DNA of 24,133 bases from Ginkgo biloba. Its lineage: Eukaryota; Plantae; Ginkgophyta. Numbering within the stretch: position 1 is the first letter of the stretch; the number at the start of each line of letters is the position of its first letter. The notes beneath the pieces are model-generated. The model was not told where the DNA came from, made no database searches, and saw only the letters and a list, made by a program, of their open reading frames with translations. A program made the translations under genes and the position numbers. Location: the NCBI GenBank assembly GCA_024626585.2, contig JANKJI020000004.1, positions 168,269,368-168,293,500 on the forward strand. The letters run 5' to 3'. Positions 1 to 11,220 of the stretch are shown piece by piece.

Positions 1-539
1 AAACTTCTACTCTAAATCAAACATGCCAACCTCGGATTGAGCATACACAGGATTGGGAATGCATCCCACCAGGCATGCCACCATCTCTACGGCATGACCT
101 GCTTACCTAATCACTTATGTCCTTAAAGATTTAATAGCAATGTGTCATTTTATTTCCTTATCAATGAGTGTAGTAGCATGCTATGGATAGTTTTCTTTAT
201 GAACATTTACAAGCATTCCATTAGTCTAGTTGTTTTCTTCAAGGTTATTCTCTAACAAGGGTCTTTATTTGGCTTAGTTTGGTGTCATCTCATTTTTTAT
301 TTAATTCCTCATGTGGTTGTTAAAGTTTGTTGTTTTCTTTATGGATTTCAACTCCAAAGTGTTTCTTCTTCCTTCTTTAGGTGGGGTGAGCTAGGATTTC
401 ATGTTTTTTGCTTTGAAGCTACACGAATGAAACGTGTATGTTTTTTAGTCTAGTTTTGTATATTTTCTTTTTGTTATGCAGTTTATTTTAACTCATATTT
501 GTCGATAGGTTTATGGTTTTCTTTTGAGTCATGAAACAT

Positions 540-780
540 CCAATCCTTCATAAATTCATATCTTTATAGGGTTTTGTGCTTTTGTATCGAGTCTAGAACC
601 TTGAAGCCTTGGTGAACTTATATATTTAAAAAATATTTTATGCCTTTGTATTAACACTTAGAATTTTGAAGCCTCAAAATATTAGATTTTAATGCCTTTA
701 CATCAAGTTGTGGAACCTTACCCTTTGTAAACTCGTAACTTTACCACTTTTTAAGCCATTTTATCGAATCTCACATCATC
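540..780. repeat. Degenerate tandem repeat, about 4 units of 50-64 bp
   Basis: Related units: ttttgtgcttttgtatcgagtctagaaccttgaagcc (~572), ttttatgcctttgtattaacacttagaattttgaagcc (~636), ttttaatgcctttacatcaagttgtggaacctt (~687), tttttaagccattttatcgaatctcac (~748). Confidence 0.55.
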
Positions 781-1335
781 CAGATAGTTCTTATAATTTA
801 TTTTATAGTTCCCAAATTGCGTTCATTTTTAATATTATAGCTTTTGGTCCTGTAATACATTTTGTTTGATATACCTTTTGATATATAGTTTGTTTGATAT
901 GATTTTCATTCTAACAGTTTGCCATTTGATGTTTGACAAATCATGAACAGTTGGTGTTTGACAATTTGTCATTGAACTAGTGATTTTATTCANNNNNNNN
1001 NNNNNNNNNNNNNNNNNNNNNNTTTTTTCCCCAAATGTGCTAAATTTATTTAACGTTTTGTTGTCAATGTGTTAACTTGCAGAGAATAACACCAAAACTA
1101 CTGACTCATTTTTGTATAGCTACTCAGAATGAAAACCAGAGAGCAAACAAACTCAACATATAAGCCTTTTTATTAGCGCACATAGAATTAAAAAAAAATT
1201 CAAAATTTCTTTTGTTCATTTTTTTTTTATTAGCGNNNNNNNNNNNNNNNNNNNNNNNNNNNNNNNNNNNNNNNNNNNNNNNNNNNNNNNNNNNNNNNNN
1301 NNNNNNNNNNNNNNNNNNNNNNNNNNNNNNNNNNN

Positions 1336-2371
1336 ATAGATGTCCAAATCAGTTATCTATGGAAACTATTACTCAGAGTGCTTGGGATTCATTTGTAGGT
1401 TTTGTTAATTTAACTAATCCATATTTAGTCACCTCTCCTTTCACCACAACTATTTAAAAAGGGTACCCAACTTGCATCGCATGCAAATTAGTTCCAAGAA
1501 CATGTTCTATCTGGGAACATTGTTCATCATTACAATATGAGTACATTTGAGGAAGTGTCCATTTTTTCCATAATAAAAACAACTTGGTATTTAATTTCTC
1601 CCCATACCTCTTGAATTTTTTTCTTTTCCATATAATTGTTTTCATTTTGCTTCATTATTTCTTCTAACATATTATATTTTTTGTCAAAACTTGGTTTGGT
1701 TTCTATATGGGCCTAATTGTCCTCTCTATAATCTTTCAGTATCTTTTTTTCCTCTAATTTTTTATTTAGTAGAAAATTCGTGCTCAAAAATTTATTCATT
1801 TGACTTGAAATCATGTTCCTCCTGTAGCAACATGCCACTCAACTCATCCATTTTCAAAGATGAGAGTTTATATGACACATCAATATTGGTCATAAATACT
1901 ACAAATTTATTCGACATGATATTTAATTCAATCAAAACTAAATTTTATTATTATACCTCATATCCTAATGCTATTTGATGATTATAAATATCATCCAAAT
2001 TTCTCAAGTTCTTAGTGACATTATCATTGCATTCCATTTTTAATCTATATAGCTTATTCCTTAAATACAGGCATCTAGATTCATATATGTTCCTAAAAAT
2101 TTCCCACACTATGATGATTTGGATTACTAACTCTTGGAATTATAGAATTTTCAAATGATATACCTATAATATCATGTGATTAATTATCCCTTTCAAGAAA
2201 CTACATTTTATCAACATCTATCAATTCTATTTTAAAACTAGACACTATACCCCATAAATTCCTTACTATTAAGATATTGTTCATTTTACATTTCTAGATC
2301 CAATAATTTTTTTCATCAATCCTATTTTTATCTATTATGATGGGACCATACAAATAACTTAATATTTCCAT
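1336..2371 (-). mobile_element. gag: Ty1/Copia gag-pol remnant (gag UBN2-like domain, degenerate zinc knuckle, probable GAG-pre-integrase piece)
   Basis: Minus-strand translation from ATG at 2371 reads IDEKNYWI*KCKMNNILIVRNLWGIV...YLRNKLYRLKMECND...LKMDELSGMLLQEE, typical of Copia gag. CFYYGKNGHFLKC at 1543-1581 is a decayed CX2CX4HX4C. It is followed by IVVVKGEVTKYGLVKL...AL*...N*FGHL, resembling the pre-integrase HxRFGHL region. Several stops and frameshifts. Confidence 0.8.
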
Positions 2372-2854
2372 TTTACCTAATCCTTTCCTAAGAAAATTAA
2401 ACACACATAGTAAGAAAACTATTTTTTATTATGGCATTATGTATAAAACATCATACTATCTCATTAAGATATTTAGTCAAACATATAGTGTGTAATCCTA
2501 ACATAAAAAATAAGAACCTTTCACATATTTAGTATTGTATCCACTAGTCATATTCAAACTTCTCATGACCAATCCCTAGCATTAAAGGATGTGAATATTA
2601 AAAAAAAATACAGAATAATTACATTTGTAATTTTTTTAGTTCACTTTATAAAAACACTTTGTCGCCTCGTGTATAACTCTTTCTTCNNNNNNNNNNNNNT
2701 ATATAAATTTAGGTATTTTTTATATTATATCTCTATAGGTAGGCTTTTCAAAACTTCATATGGTGCTACTGCTCTTCCACCTACAAAAAAAAAAAAGTCA
2801 TTTTTCACAAATTGTTTGGCCTCTAGGATATCTTCAGACTCACTTTAGGAAGTT

Positions 2855-3139
2855 ATGGCTCAAGGCATTGCTAGGACTAGATTTGATATTATTTGATATG
2901 GGTTGGAATATGTACATATGGTTTTTCTCTTATATATATTAAATGATAATTAAGAAAAGAACTTTTACTATAGTTATGAAATTGGGGCCAATGGTAGAAA
3001 ACTAGAATGGCAAGGAGCTCCCAGAAGCATTTGAGATAGCCATGATGAATTAATAATTCAAATTAATATGGAATTGTTCATGGATGAATCCATTGATATT
3101 TAATACTCTAGCTTATTTGATGGACATATTGACATGTAA
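2855..3139 (+). pseudogene. SINAT: Seven-in-absentia (SINA/SINAT) E3 ubiquitin ligase, C-terminal substrate-binding domain fragment, pseudogenised
   Basis: Single frame from 2897: YGLEYVHMVFLLYILNDN*EKNFYYSYEIGANGRKLEWQGAPRSI*DSHDELIIQINMELF...LFDGHIDM*. This matches the plant SINAT C-terminus as I recall it (approx. GMAPVYMAFLRFMGDENEARNYSYSLEVGANGRKLxWEGxPRSIRDSHRKVRDSHDGLIIQRNMALF...TGRIW). In-frame stops occur at 2951, 3032 and 3101. Confidence 0.85.
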
Positions 3140-3437
3140 TTTTTCTCCATGTNNNNNNNNNNNNNNNNNNNNNNNNNNNNNNNNNNNNNNNNNNNNNNNN
3201 NNNNNNNNNNNNNNNNNNNNNNNNNNNNNNNNNNNNNNNNNNNNNNNNNNNNNNNNNNNNNNNNNNNNNNNNNNNNNNNNNNNNNNNNNNNNNNNNNNNN
3301 NNNNNNNNNNNNNNNNNNNNNNNNNNNNNNNNNNNNNNNNNNNNNNNNNNNNNNNNNNNNNNNNNNNNNNNNNNNNNNNNNNNNNNNNNNNNNNNNNNNN
3401 NNNNNNNNNNNNNNNNNNNNNNNNNNNNNNNNNNNNN

Positions 3438-3540
3438 TGTATTCTCCCTTTATTTGGTAGATCGACTGCATACGTTGCTTCTCCGATTTTTTCTCATATC
3501 TTGTAGGGTCCGTAAAACTTGGGTTGTAGCTTGTTTTTTT
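3438..3540 (-). mobile_element. Ty3/Gypsy integrase C-terminal GPY/F motif fragment
   Basis: Translates as KNKLQPKFYGPYKI*EKIGEATYAVDLPNKGRI(H), matching KLxPKFYGPYxIxxKIGxxAYxLDLP. Cut off by the gap at 3437. Confidence 0.85.
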
Positions 3541-3797
3541 CTAAGACAAAACAAAGTTACAGAAGTGGCCACACACTTGAGACAAGATTGATCGAATTGT
3601 CTCTCACACACTTTCATTAAAAAAGGAGATAAATATATAGAATACAAAGAAGTAACGTACTTGGAATCAAATTATAATGGACACACACATACTTGAATCA
3701 TGTACACACACTCATATGTTACATTATTTAACTCAACACATCCTTAACATAACATATTTGACTCCACATTACATCATAATGAGTCATTATACTAACA
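3541..3797 (-). repeat. LTR-like segment (5' part), interrupting the Gypsy pol at the RNase H start
   Basis: Begins TGTTAG at 3797 on the minus strand, exactly where pol homology (LIL*FPNEK*IFH) stops. Contains a TATA-like tctatatattt followed by gtgtgtgagagac. No partner LTR or CA end was found. Confidence 0.45.
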
Positions 3798-5845
3798 ATA
3801 TGAAATATTTATTTCTCATTAGGAAATTATAATATTAGATATTTTGTTATTTTTTATTTAAGTTATTCAAATTAATATTAACATTATTGAGTCCATAAGA
3901 ATGAAATATCTTTTCTCAATAATTTTTCCAAGGGACCAATAATCTTTACATAACCCTTGATGAACTTTCTATAATATTTAATATTTCCTAATTTTTTCTT
4001 TTAACGTGGGATTCATTGCATATTCCAAATCTAATATTATTCTCACTTTATCTAGATCTACCATCAATCCATAGTTACATATAATATGTCTAAGCAATTT
4101 TCCAAAAGGTGTTAATATTTGACACTTTGTTAAATTCAATGAAATCTCAACTTCTCTAAACCTTAAAACATTGTAGAAAATGAGAATATGCTCATTAATG
4201 AATCTAGATATAGACTAATCATCCAAATAAATTTCCAATAATTTATAGATAATCAAAATACCACTATAATTATTCTAAAAAATATATATGGTGCATTTAT
4301 AAGTCCAAATGGCATCACTTTATATGCATAGGATCTCCATTCTGTAGCAAACGTTGTTTTAAGTTGATCATTTAGAGTGTATCTGAATTTGATTATACCT
4401 TGAAAAACTATCTGTGAATGAATAGATCTCTCTTCCTACTACATTCTCTAACACTTCCTCAATAAATGTTGTTGGAAATGGATCCTTCTTTATCACATTG
4501 TTCAATTTGTAGAAGTCTACGCAGATTCTTAATTTGCCATTTTTCTTCTTTGCAACCACAATGGGCGAAACCCATNNNNNNNNNNNNNNNNNNNNNNNNN
4601 NNNNNNNNNNNNNNNNNNNNNNNNNNNNNNNNNNNNNNNNNNNNNNNNNNNNNNNNNNNNNNNNNNNNNNACTAGTTTAGCATTATCTTCGAACTCAATT
4701 CTTAATTGACCAATCTCTACAGGGGTTCCTTTAAGGTCTTTGTATGTGTATGTGAATACATCTGCATACTCCTTGAAGACCTCCTGAGCCTTCACAATTG
4801 TTTGTTCATCCCAGTAGTCACTTATTTCAATGGTGTGATATATGTGGCCTTTAATTAATTGAAGAGTTCTTGTATTATAGGGTTGTTGATTGGGTTGACC
4901 TATTTCTACTAATGTAGCTTCCTTATAGATTTCATAGAGTTTCACCTTCTCCTTCAAGAAGTTTTTTGGGATTGGTAGGTTGTCTTTAATTTTTAGTGTC
5001 ATGCAAAAAATATTGTCATGGAAAAATGTGAACTACTTCATTTTATGCATTGAAAGCTGAGTGGATTCCCTTTCATCATACCTAATGATGGGTATTGGCT
5101 CTATAAGTCACAATTTGATCAACCCATTGTATATATTCGTCCAACACTATGCTTCACACTGATTTTCCAATTAGATATACCATTGATAGGAGATTCCCCA
5201 TAGTTTAAATCTTAATGTGTTAATTTTTAACATATTCTTATTAATTCATGCATTTATATAGAATCGTTTCCATAGATCTTCAACTTGTTGGATAAATATA
5301 ATGGGACAAATTCTCCCTTCATTATACAATTTGATGTTACTGGGCTAAATAATTCCCACAAACTAAGCTAAAAAAAATAGCTGCATATGATGCTAATCAT
5401 AAAAAATCTTATCTTGTATACGTGAAACCATATACTTGCTTGGACCTATAGTGTGGAATCAAAGCGAGTTAACTTATATGGTCCTTTCACATCTTTCATT
5501 TTATTGAGAAACCATTTCATATGTTTCTTATCATATGAATCTATGTCAAATCTTCTGAGAAGAACCTTAATCAATATTTTTCCTATGCCACCCTCTTATT
5601 CCATTATAATGAAAAAGATATCAAAATAGTGCATCTCATGCATTTCTTCTTTCCATTCACTAACTAAGTCATCAGAGTTAGCTATGTATTATGTAAAGAT
5701 ACTAAAAATAAGAACTCCATCGTCATTGGGTTCATTAGATTCCTTCACACATGCATATATATTTTTTATATCTTGGTCGAATTGGGAGTCACTTCTCAAC
5801 TCTTGTTTCGATGAGGATTTATCTTCTTTGATAATCTCCCATGAT
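3798..5845 (-). mobile_element. pol: Ty3/Gypsy (non-chromoviral type) pol remnant, copy 1: post-protease linker, RT, start of RNase H
   Basis: ISDYWDEQTIVKAQEVFKEYADVF...DLKG, [gap], WVSPIVVAKKKNGKLRICVDFYKLN...DPFPTTFIEEVLENVVGREIYSFTD...DQLKTTFATEW...VMPFGLINAP. YLDD at 4218-4229, then ISLNLTKC...PFGKLLRHII...YYRKFIKGYVKIIGPLEKLLRKD. Contains frameshifts and stops. Confidence 0.95.
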
Positions 5846-6039
5846 NNNNNNNNNNNNNNNNNNNNNNNNNNNNNNNNNNNNNNNNNNNNNNNNNNNNNNN
5901 NNNNNNNNNNNNNNNNNNNNNNNNNNNNNNNNNNNNNNNNNNNNNCATACAATATTTTCATTAACCCTACTAACTTCACAATCTTTAGTCAATGACTAAT
6001 AAAATCAATATTAAAAATAGTAATATGCCTTTGCACATA

Positions 6040-6246
6040 CATTAACTAGAATTATCCCATAGCTAATTTAAGTGAGAGAGTTTATTATCCCATAGCTAAT
6101 AAAGTTAGAAAGAGAGAGAGATGATCTAGAGAGAGAAAAAACTAATGTAGTAAAAGCTCTCCAATGAATACCTTATGGTCATAGCTTCCTCAATAATATT
6201 AGATCCCATAGGACCATATGTTGATCCCCTCCTAGTTGAGATGGCA
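6040..6246 (-). repeat. LTR-like or unclassified insert truncating RT copy 2, with a 17-bp direct repeat
   Basis: RT homology stops after GMM at 6247 and the minus strand continues TGCCATC... The sequence attatcccatagctaat occurs at 6051-6067 and 6084-6100, with a GA-rich tract at ~6110-6135. Confidence 0.4.
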
Positions 6247-6872
6247 CATCATTCCATTCTTACATATAATGTGTCCAAGTAATTTTCTAAAGGATATCAA
6301 CATTTGACATTTTTCTAAATTGAGTGAAATTTTAGCCTCTCTAAATTTATATAGCATAGTGTGTATAAGATAAATACACTTCTTAATGAATTCAAATATA
6401 GACCAATCATCAAGATAAAATTCTAAAACATTATGGATGGAATATCAAAAAATAATAATGATAATTTTGGAGAATGAATTTAGTGCATTCATCAATCCAA
6501 AGTGTATCATTGTATATGTGTAAGATCCCCAATCTATAGAAAACATGGTTTTAAGTTGGTCATCTAGATGTATTTGTATTTTATTATACCTTAAAAGCAT
6601 ATCTATGAAAGAATAAATTTCTCTCCCAACTACACTTTCCAACACTTCCTTAATAAATGTTGTTTGAAAAGGACCCTTCTTAGTTATACTATTTAATTTT
6701 ATGAAGTCTCTGCATATATATAATTTACCATTATTTTTTTTAGCAATCATAATTATTAAAATCCATTCACTCTTTTCAAATCAATATATGCAACCAGTAT
6801 CTATAATTTTATTAATTTGTTCCTACACTATCCTTTTATAAATTCGATTCATTCTATAAGGTCATTGTTGTA
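6247..6872 (-). mobile_element. pol: Ty3/Gypsy reverse transcriptase remnant, copy 2
   Basis: QQ*PYRMNRIYKRIV*EQINKIIDTGCIY*FEKSEW...KKNNGKLYICRDFIKLN...VVGREIYSFID...DQLKTMFSIDWGSY...FGLMNA. YLDDW at 6403-6417, then ISLNLEKC...KLLGHIICKNG. Confidence 0.95.
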
Positions 6873-7094
6873 GCACAAATTACGGGTCTTCTAAATCAAA
6901 ATCATGTAACAAGAGATCGCCTATGACTCTCGAGATAGAATTTGGGTAGAATAGGGTCAATTATACAATAATTGCGCTTAACAGCGCCTCTGATNNNNNN
7001 NNNNNNNNNNNNNNNNNNNNNNNNNNNNNNNNNNNNNNNNNNNNNNNNNNNNNNNNNNNNNNNNNNNNNNNNNNNNNNNNNNNNNNNNNNNNNN

Positions 7095-9515
7095 TTTGTA
7101 GATTTGACCCTTTCAAATCTATCCAAGAATAATACTCTTAATTCATTCCAACTTTGAAATTCTCCTTAGTGTGTTTTAAACCATAGACTTGCTTGATCTC
7201 TATGTTTGGATTCATATAATATAATTATTTTATCACATTACACCTCTTTGGTCAATTTTACAAACAAATTTATATTATCTCTTACATATACCCTTTCATT
7301 AAAAAATAATTCTTGGAGTCTCCATTTCTTCATTAGCTACAATACAGTAACTATCAAAATAATGCATTTCTTCCTCCTATTCTCTGACTAAATCACTAGA
7401 GTTTTTAATGTATGAACTAATGCTACTAAAACTTAGAACACTATTATCATATTGATCATGTGTCTCCTTTTTGTAAGCACATTTATTCTCAATTTATTCC
7501 TTAGACATAGTAACATCTTTGGACTTAATTTCAAAAGAACTCTTATCATCATTGATAATCTCTAACACTTATTTGTTCTTGTTTAAAGGAATATATAACC
7601 AAGTTTTTCCTTGTTTAAATTTCATTTCATCCTTCTAAAGACTTATTAACCCTTTCATAACCTTAATCCAAGGTCTTCTTAAGAGAACTTTATAAGTATT
7701 ACCTTTGTTTGATAATTTAATTACCTTAAATCTTGTTCCACTTTTAGGGATCTATAAGAAACATTCACCTTGATTATTTTTCCTTTTGGTGTATCTTGAT
7801 GTTGATTTATCATCCTGATAATACTTTTAGAGTGCATCACCTGCGCACACCCCATCTCTTTCTATGTCTCCAAGGATATTAACTTATGACCCAAAATCTA
7901 CTACAACATCCTTGAACTTAATGCCTTAAACTATTTCCCTAATAGAAGGTTCCCTATCCTTCTACTTGATTACTCTATTTGTTTATTTAATTTTCTCATT
8001 GATGTCCAATTCTAGAAAAGTTTGGATTACTCTCCTAAGCTCCTTAAAGGTTATTTTCTCTTTGGATAAACTAGCCATCATCTCTATCACAATTGTTAGT
8101 GATTATTCTGTGGTTTATTCATCCTCCTTTCTAGACTTATTTTCACTTTGATCCTTTAATCCTTTTTCAAGAACAAGTTATTTGATCTTCAATGATATGG
8201 CTATCCAAACCTTTTCTTTATCTTATAATCTTAGGATACCTCCTTACCCTTTTTGTCAATCTCGTTTTTAGTCTTAGGCTCAAGATAGTCTTCATCTTTA
8301 ACTTTGCCTTTTTCCTTAATTGTATACCTCCTTTGAGATCTAGGTTCAATTGATGATTATCCTCTCTCCATGAATCCCTGAGGGCGTGATCTCATTATTA
8401 AGTTTACTTCTTTATTTGCCCAAGTCTAAGATTAGGGTCAACTCTCACCAACTTGATTAACTTTAGTTTCTCTAGTAACATTGGGAGGTCCTTAGTCTGA
8501 TGGTCACCAACTCCACAAACTTGCCAAACTTTTACTCCAAGGATTGAGAATGGATAATTCTTGGATGTATAGTTCCATCTATTGCACTTGTAGAATTTCA
8601 CAATGCAGACATCACCTACCTTTTTTTTCCTTAAACTTCATTTCTATGTAGTTTAGAATAACTTCCTTCCTCTTGGTTGTTCCTTTATCTTGCACTAGAG
8701 ATTTTGGATCAATCATTGTCACAAGTCTTCAATTTTCTTGTATTCTTCAAATTACTCCAATATTTCTTCTAACTATGACACTATGTTTTATGAGTAAAAT
8801 AATAATTATTGGTTTTCTTCTTCCTAAATCCTTTTTCTTCATTCTTATTAGATGATATGATTTCTCATTAATAGACTCTTCTTTCTTGTAATGGATATTC
8901 ATTCTAAAGATGGCATGCATCATAATCTTACTAATAGATCTCTTCTTTGGCCTTAACTATTTTGCTTGCCAATTTCTTCATTAACTCTTGGAATTCTATT
9001 GTAGTTTTAGTCAACTCATTAGTCTTCTCCAAGGCATCAAAATTAGTTGTTTTGCCTCTGCTTCCATTTGTACTACTTTTTAAATAGCATCTTAATCTTT
9101 ACTTTGATCTCTTTGCTTTCTTTATGCTTGAATGTTAGTAGTTAAAACAACAGCATACCAATGCACTTTTGATTCCCCGTGGATAGAGTATGGCAACTTC
9201 TCAATCAAAACTTTAAATCATCCATCATAGTCTCTTATAGACACATATCCTTTTTATTGAAGACTATTCCATTTGTTAAATACAATGTGAAAAGATTTGA
9301 GATAAGAATATGCTTTTATGAATGCCACTTCTGAACTCCAATTCTATTAATAATGTATTGCAATGGTCTTCCATAATAATCTTGCGATGGACCTTTAAGC
9401 ATGGTCACTAACTTTCTCCACTTAAAATTTTCATTTGTAACCCCTCTAATGTCATAGATACATTCACAAGTATACATGTGTCATTCACCATTTGATAAAT
9501 TATTGAACATCGGTT
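7095..9515 (-). mobile_element. gag: Ty3/Gypsy gag, two zinc knuckles, aspartic protease and linker (probably the same element as RT copy 2)
   Basis: Gag: HMYTCECIYDIRGVTNENFK...LVTMLKG...SIRDYDG*FKVLIEKLPYSI...VHWY (~9130-9500). Knuckle relics YKCNRWNYTSKNYP and WQVCGVGDHQTKDLP (~8480-8600). Protease VVVDFGS*VNIL (DFGS at 7887-7898) and YKVLLRRPW (~7668-7695). The linker is homologous to 5600-5845. Confidence 0.85.
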
Positions 9516-10660
9516 ACCTCGAGAAAGCATCCAAAGTTATACTCGTAGTGTTCAAAGGATTTAATGGCATTCTTCCAAATAATAGATAATGTGCGATGCT
9601 TTGTTCTTTGATATCTATCATTTTACTATACTTTAAAAAACATTTTGAAGAATTTCCTATTCATTACTAGTGCATATGGAATATCACTTAATAATCAACA
9701 TAATGCAAATGCTATCTTTAAAGATAAATCGTCTAATCATTTTAACTAGATGATCACAATGACTTTCTTCATGATTGTAACATGTTCATGACCTCCACAT
9801 TCGTAACACGCCATTCTCAATTTCTAATACCACAAGCTTCTTTTAACGATAACTTAGATCTTCATGAAATCTTTTAAAACCTCACATAAATTTGTTGCCT
9901 TTAACAAATTCTTGCTAATGTTACAATATTTTTACATGTAAATACTTTCTCTTAGGGATTTTTTGTTGAGCTATAAAGATTATGTCAACCTTAACACTTC
10001 TTGATTAATCTTTGCTAGAACTCCTTTTTTAAGAAAATCTTTTGAGTTCATTACTTGTTTTAAATGATTTTACATACAACTTTCATAAGTCTATACACAA
10101 CTTTATAAATCTCCTTCCTATTTACTCCTTTTGAGCTAGAACTCTAAGAAATTCACATCTGTTCTATAGATCTTTTAGCCTCTTATAGCTATCTTGCTAT
10201 CTTACGATGAACTTTGACTTAATCCATGCACTTTAATCTTTACCAATACCTACTCAATCTTGAATCAATTGGCTTCTCTTAAGTGAGTATTTTCATTGCA
10301 TCTATTATTTGTGCAACCTTTAAAGTTTTAGTCAAACTTTAGAATAATTTATGAACATAGAACTAATGCTTTGCTCATTTCCTAGTTCTTATTCACAAAC
10401 TCTAAATCCTTAGCTCTCACTTATAAATCTAGACATACATACTCTTAAGATGGACAGTACACTCCTCACTTAGCAATGTGATCTTACTTTAGCTTTCTAT
10501 TCAATAGACTTAACGCTACCAACTTGCTTTACATTATTGAGTATAGATACCTCTAAGAACACAACGTTGCGCTTAACCTAATGAAGCTTTTACAATTCTT
10601 GATTTGCAAGTTTAAGAATCAACACAGATGTACTCAAACCTGAACGTCTTATGGAGTGAC

Positions 10661-11220
10661 TTTGGTGATTGAACCAAATGTTCATCGTATTTTTCTATAT
10701 AGTGAATTAATAGTTTAAACTAATAATTTAATCACAATTCTATAGCATTAATTCATTCATAGTAATTATTCAAAGTATGTAAATAAAATCTTACAACTAA
10801 TAAGAATTTGTACATAGTATAATGAACTCATACATGCAATTGCAATAACTATTATTTCTCATTACCTATTCCAAACATCTATAATATATATGAGACAATG
10901 TCACTACATGCAAGCGTCATGCTCAATTCTTTATCCTTCAACTAACTTAGAACATTACATAATATATAGCTCGTGCAGGTGCTTCTTTTGAAGAATGCAC
11001 GCCTATTTACAACAAAAGGCCATCCTACTCCCATGGAATTTCAAAAGACTCAAAATATTCTAATGATTATTCTCTTTAAGAATATTCCTTTTCCATCTTT
11101 ACTTTCAATTACAAAAATTTTACAAGTATACTATCAATAGCCACATTAAAGGGATGAAAAGTGCACATTACTTGTAAAACAATTACTTACTTATGCAGCA
11201 ATCATTATTTAATATATCAA
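10661..11220 (-). mobile_element. Putative decayed PBS (10661-10676) and 5' LTR (inner end 10679, outer end uncertain) of the Gypsy element
   Basis: Minus strand reads ...ACGATGAACA|TT|TGGTTCAATCACCAAA: an AACA LTR end, a 2-nt spacer, then a TGG-starting site loosely resembling the tRNA-Asp PBS TGGCGCCGTTGCCGGG after transitions. The position is correct, upstream of gag. The outer boundary is a guess. Confidence 0.45.

Noticed and set aside
4218-6417. Two RTs as a retron, DGR, group II intron or RT-based defence system
   Set aside because: The motifs (ICVDF.KLN, MPFGL.NAP, YLDD, YYRKFIKGY) and the linked gag and protease identify decayed Ty3/Gypsy pol. There is no prokaryotic context.
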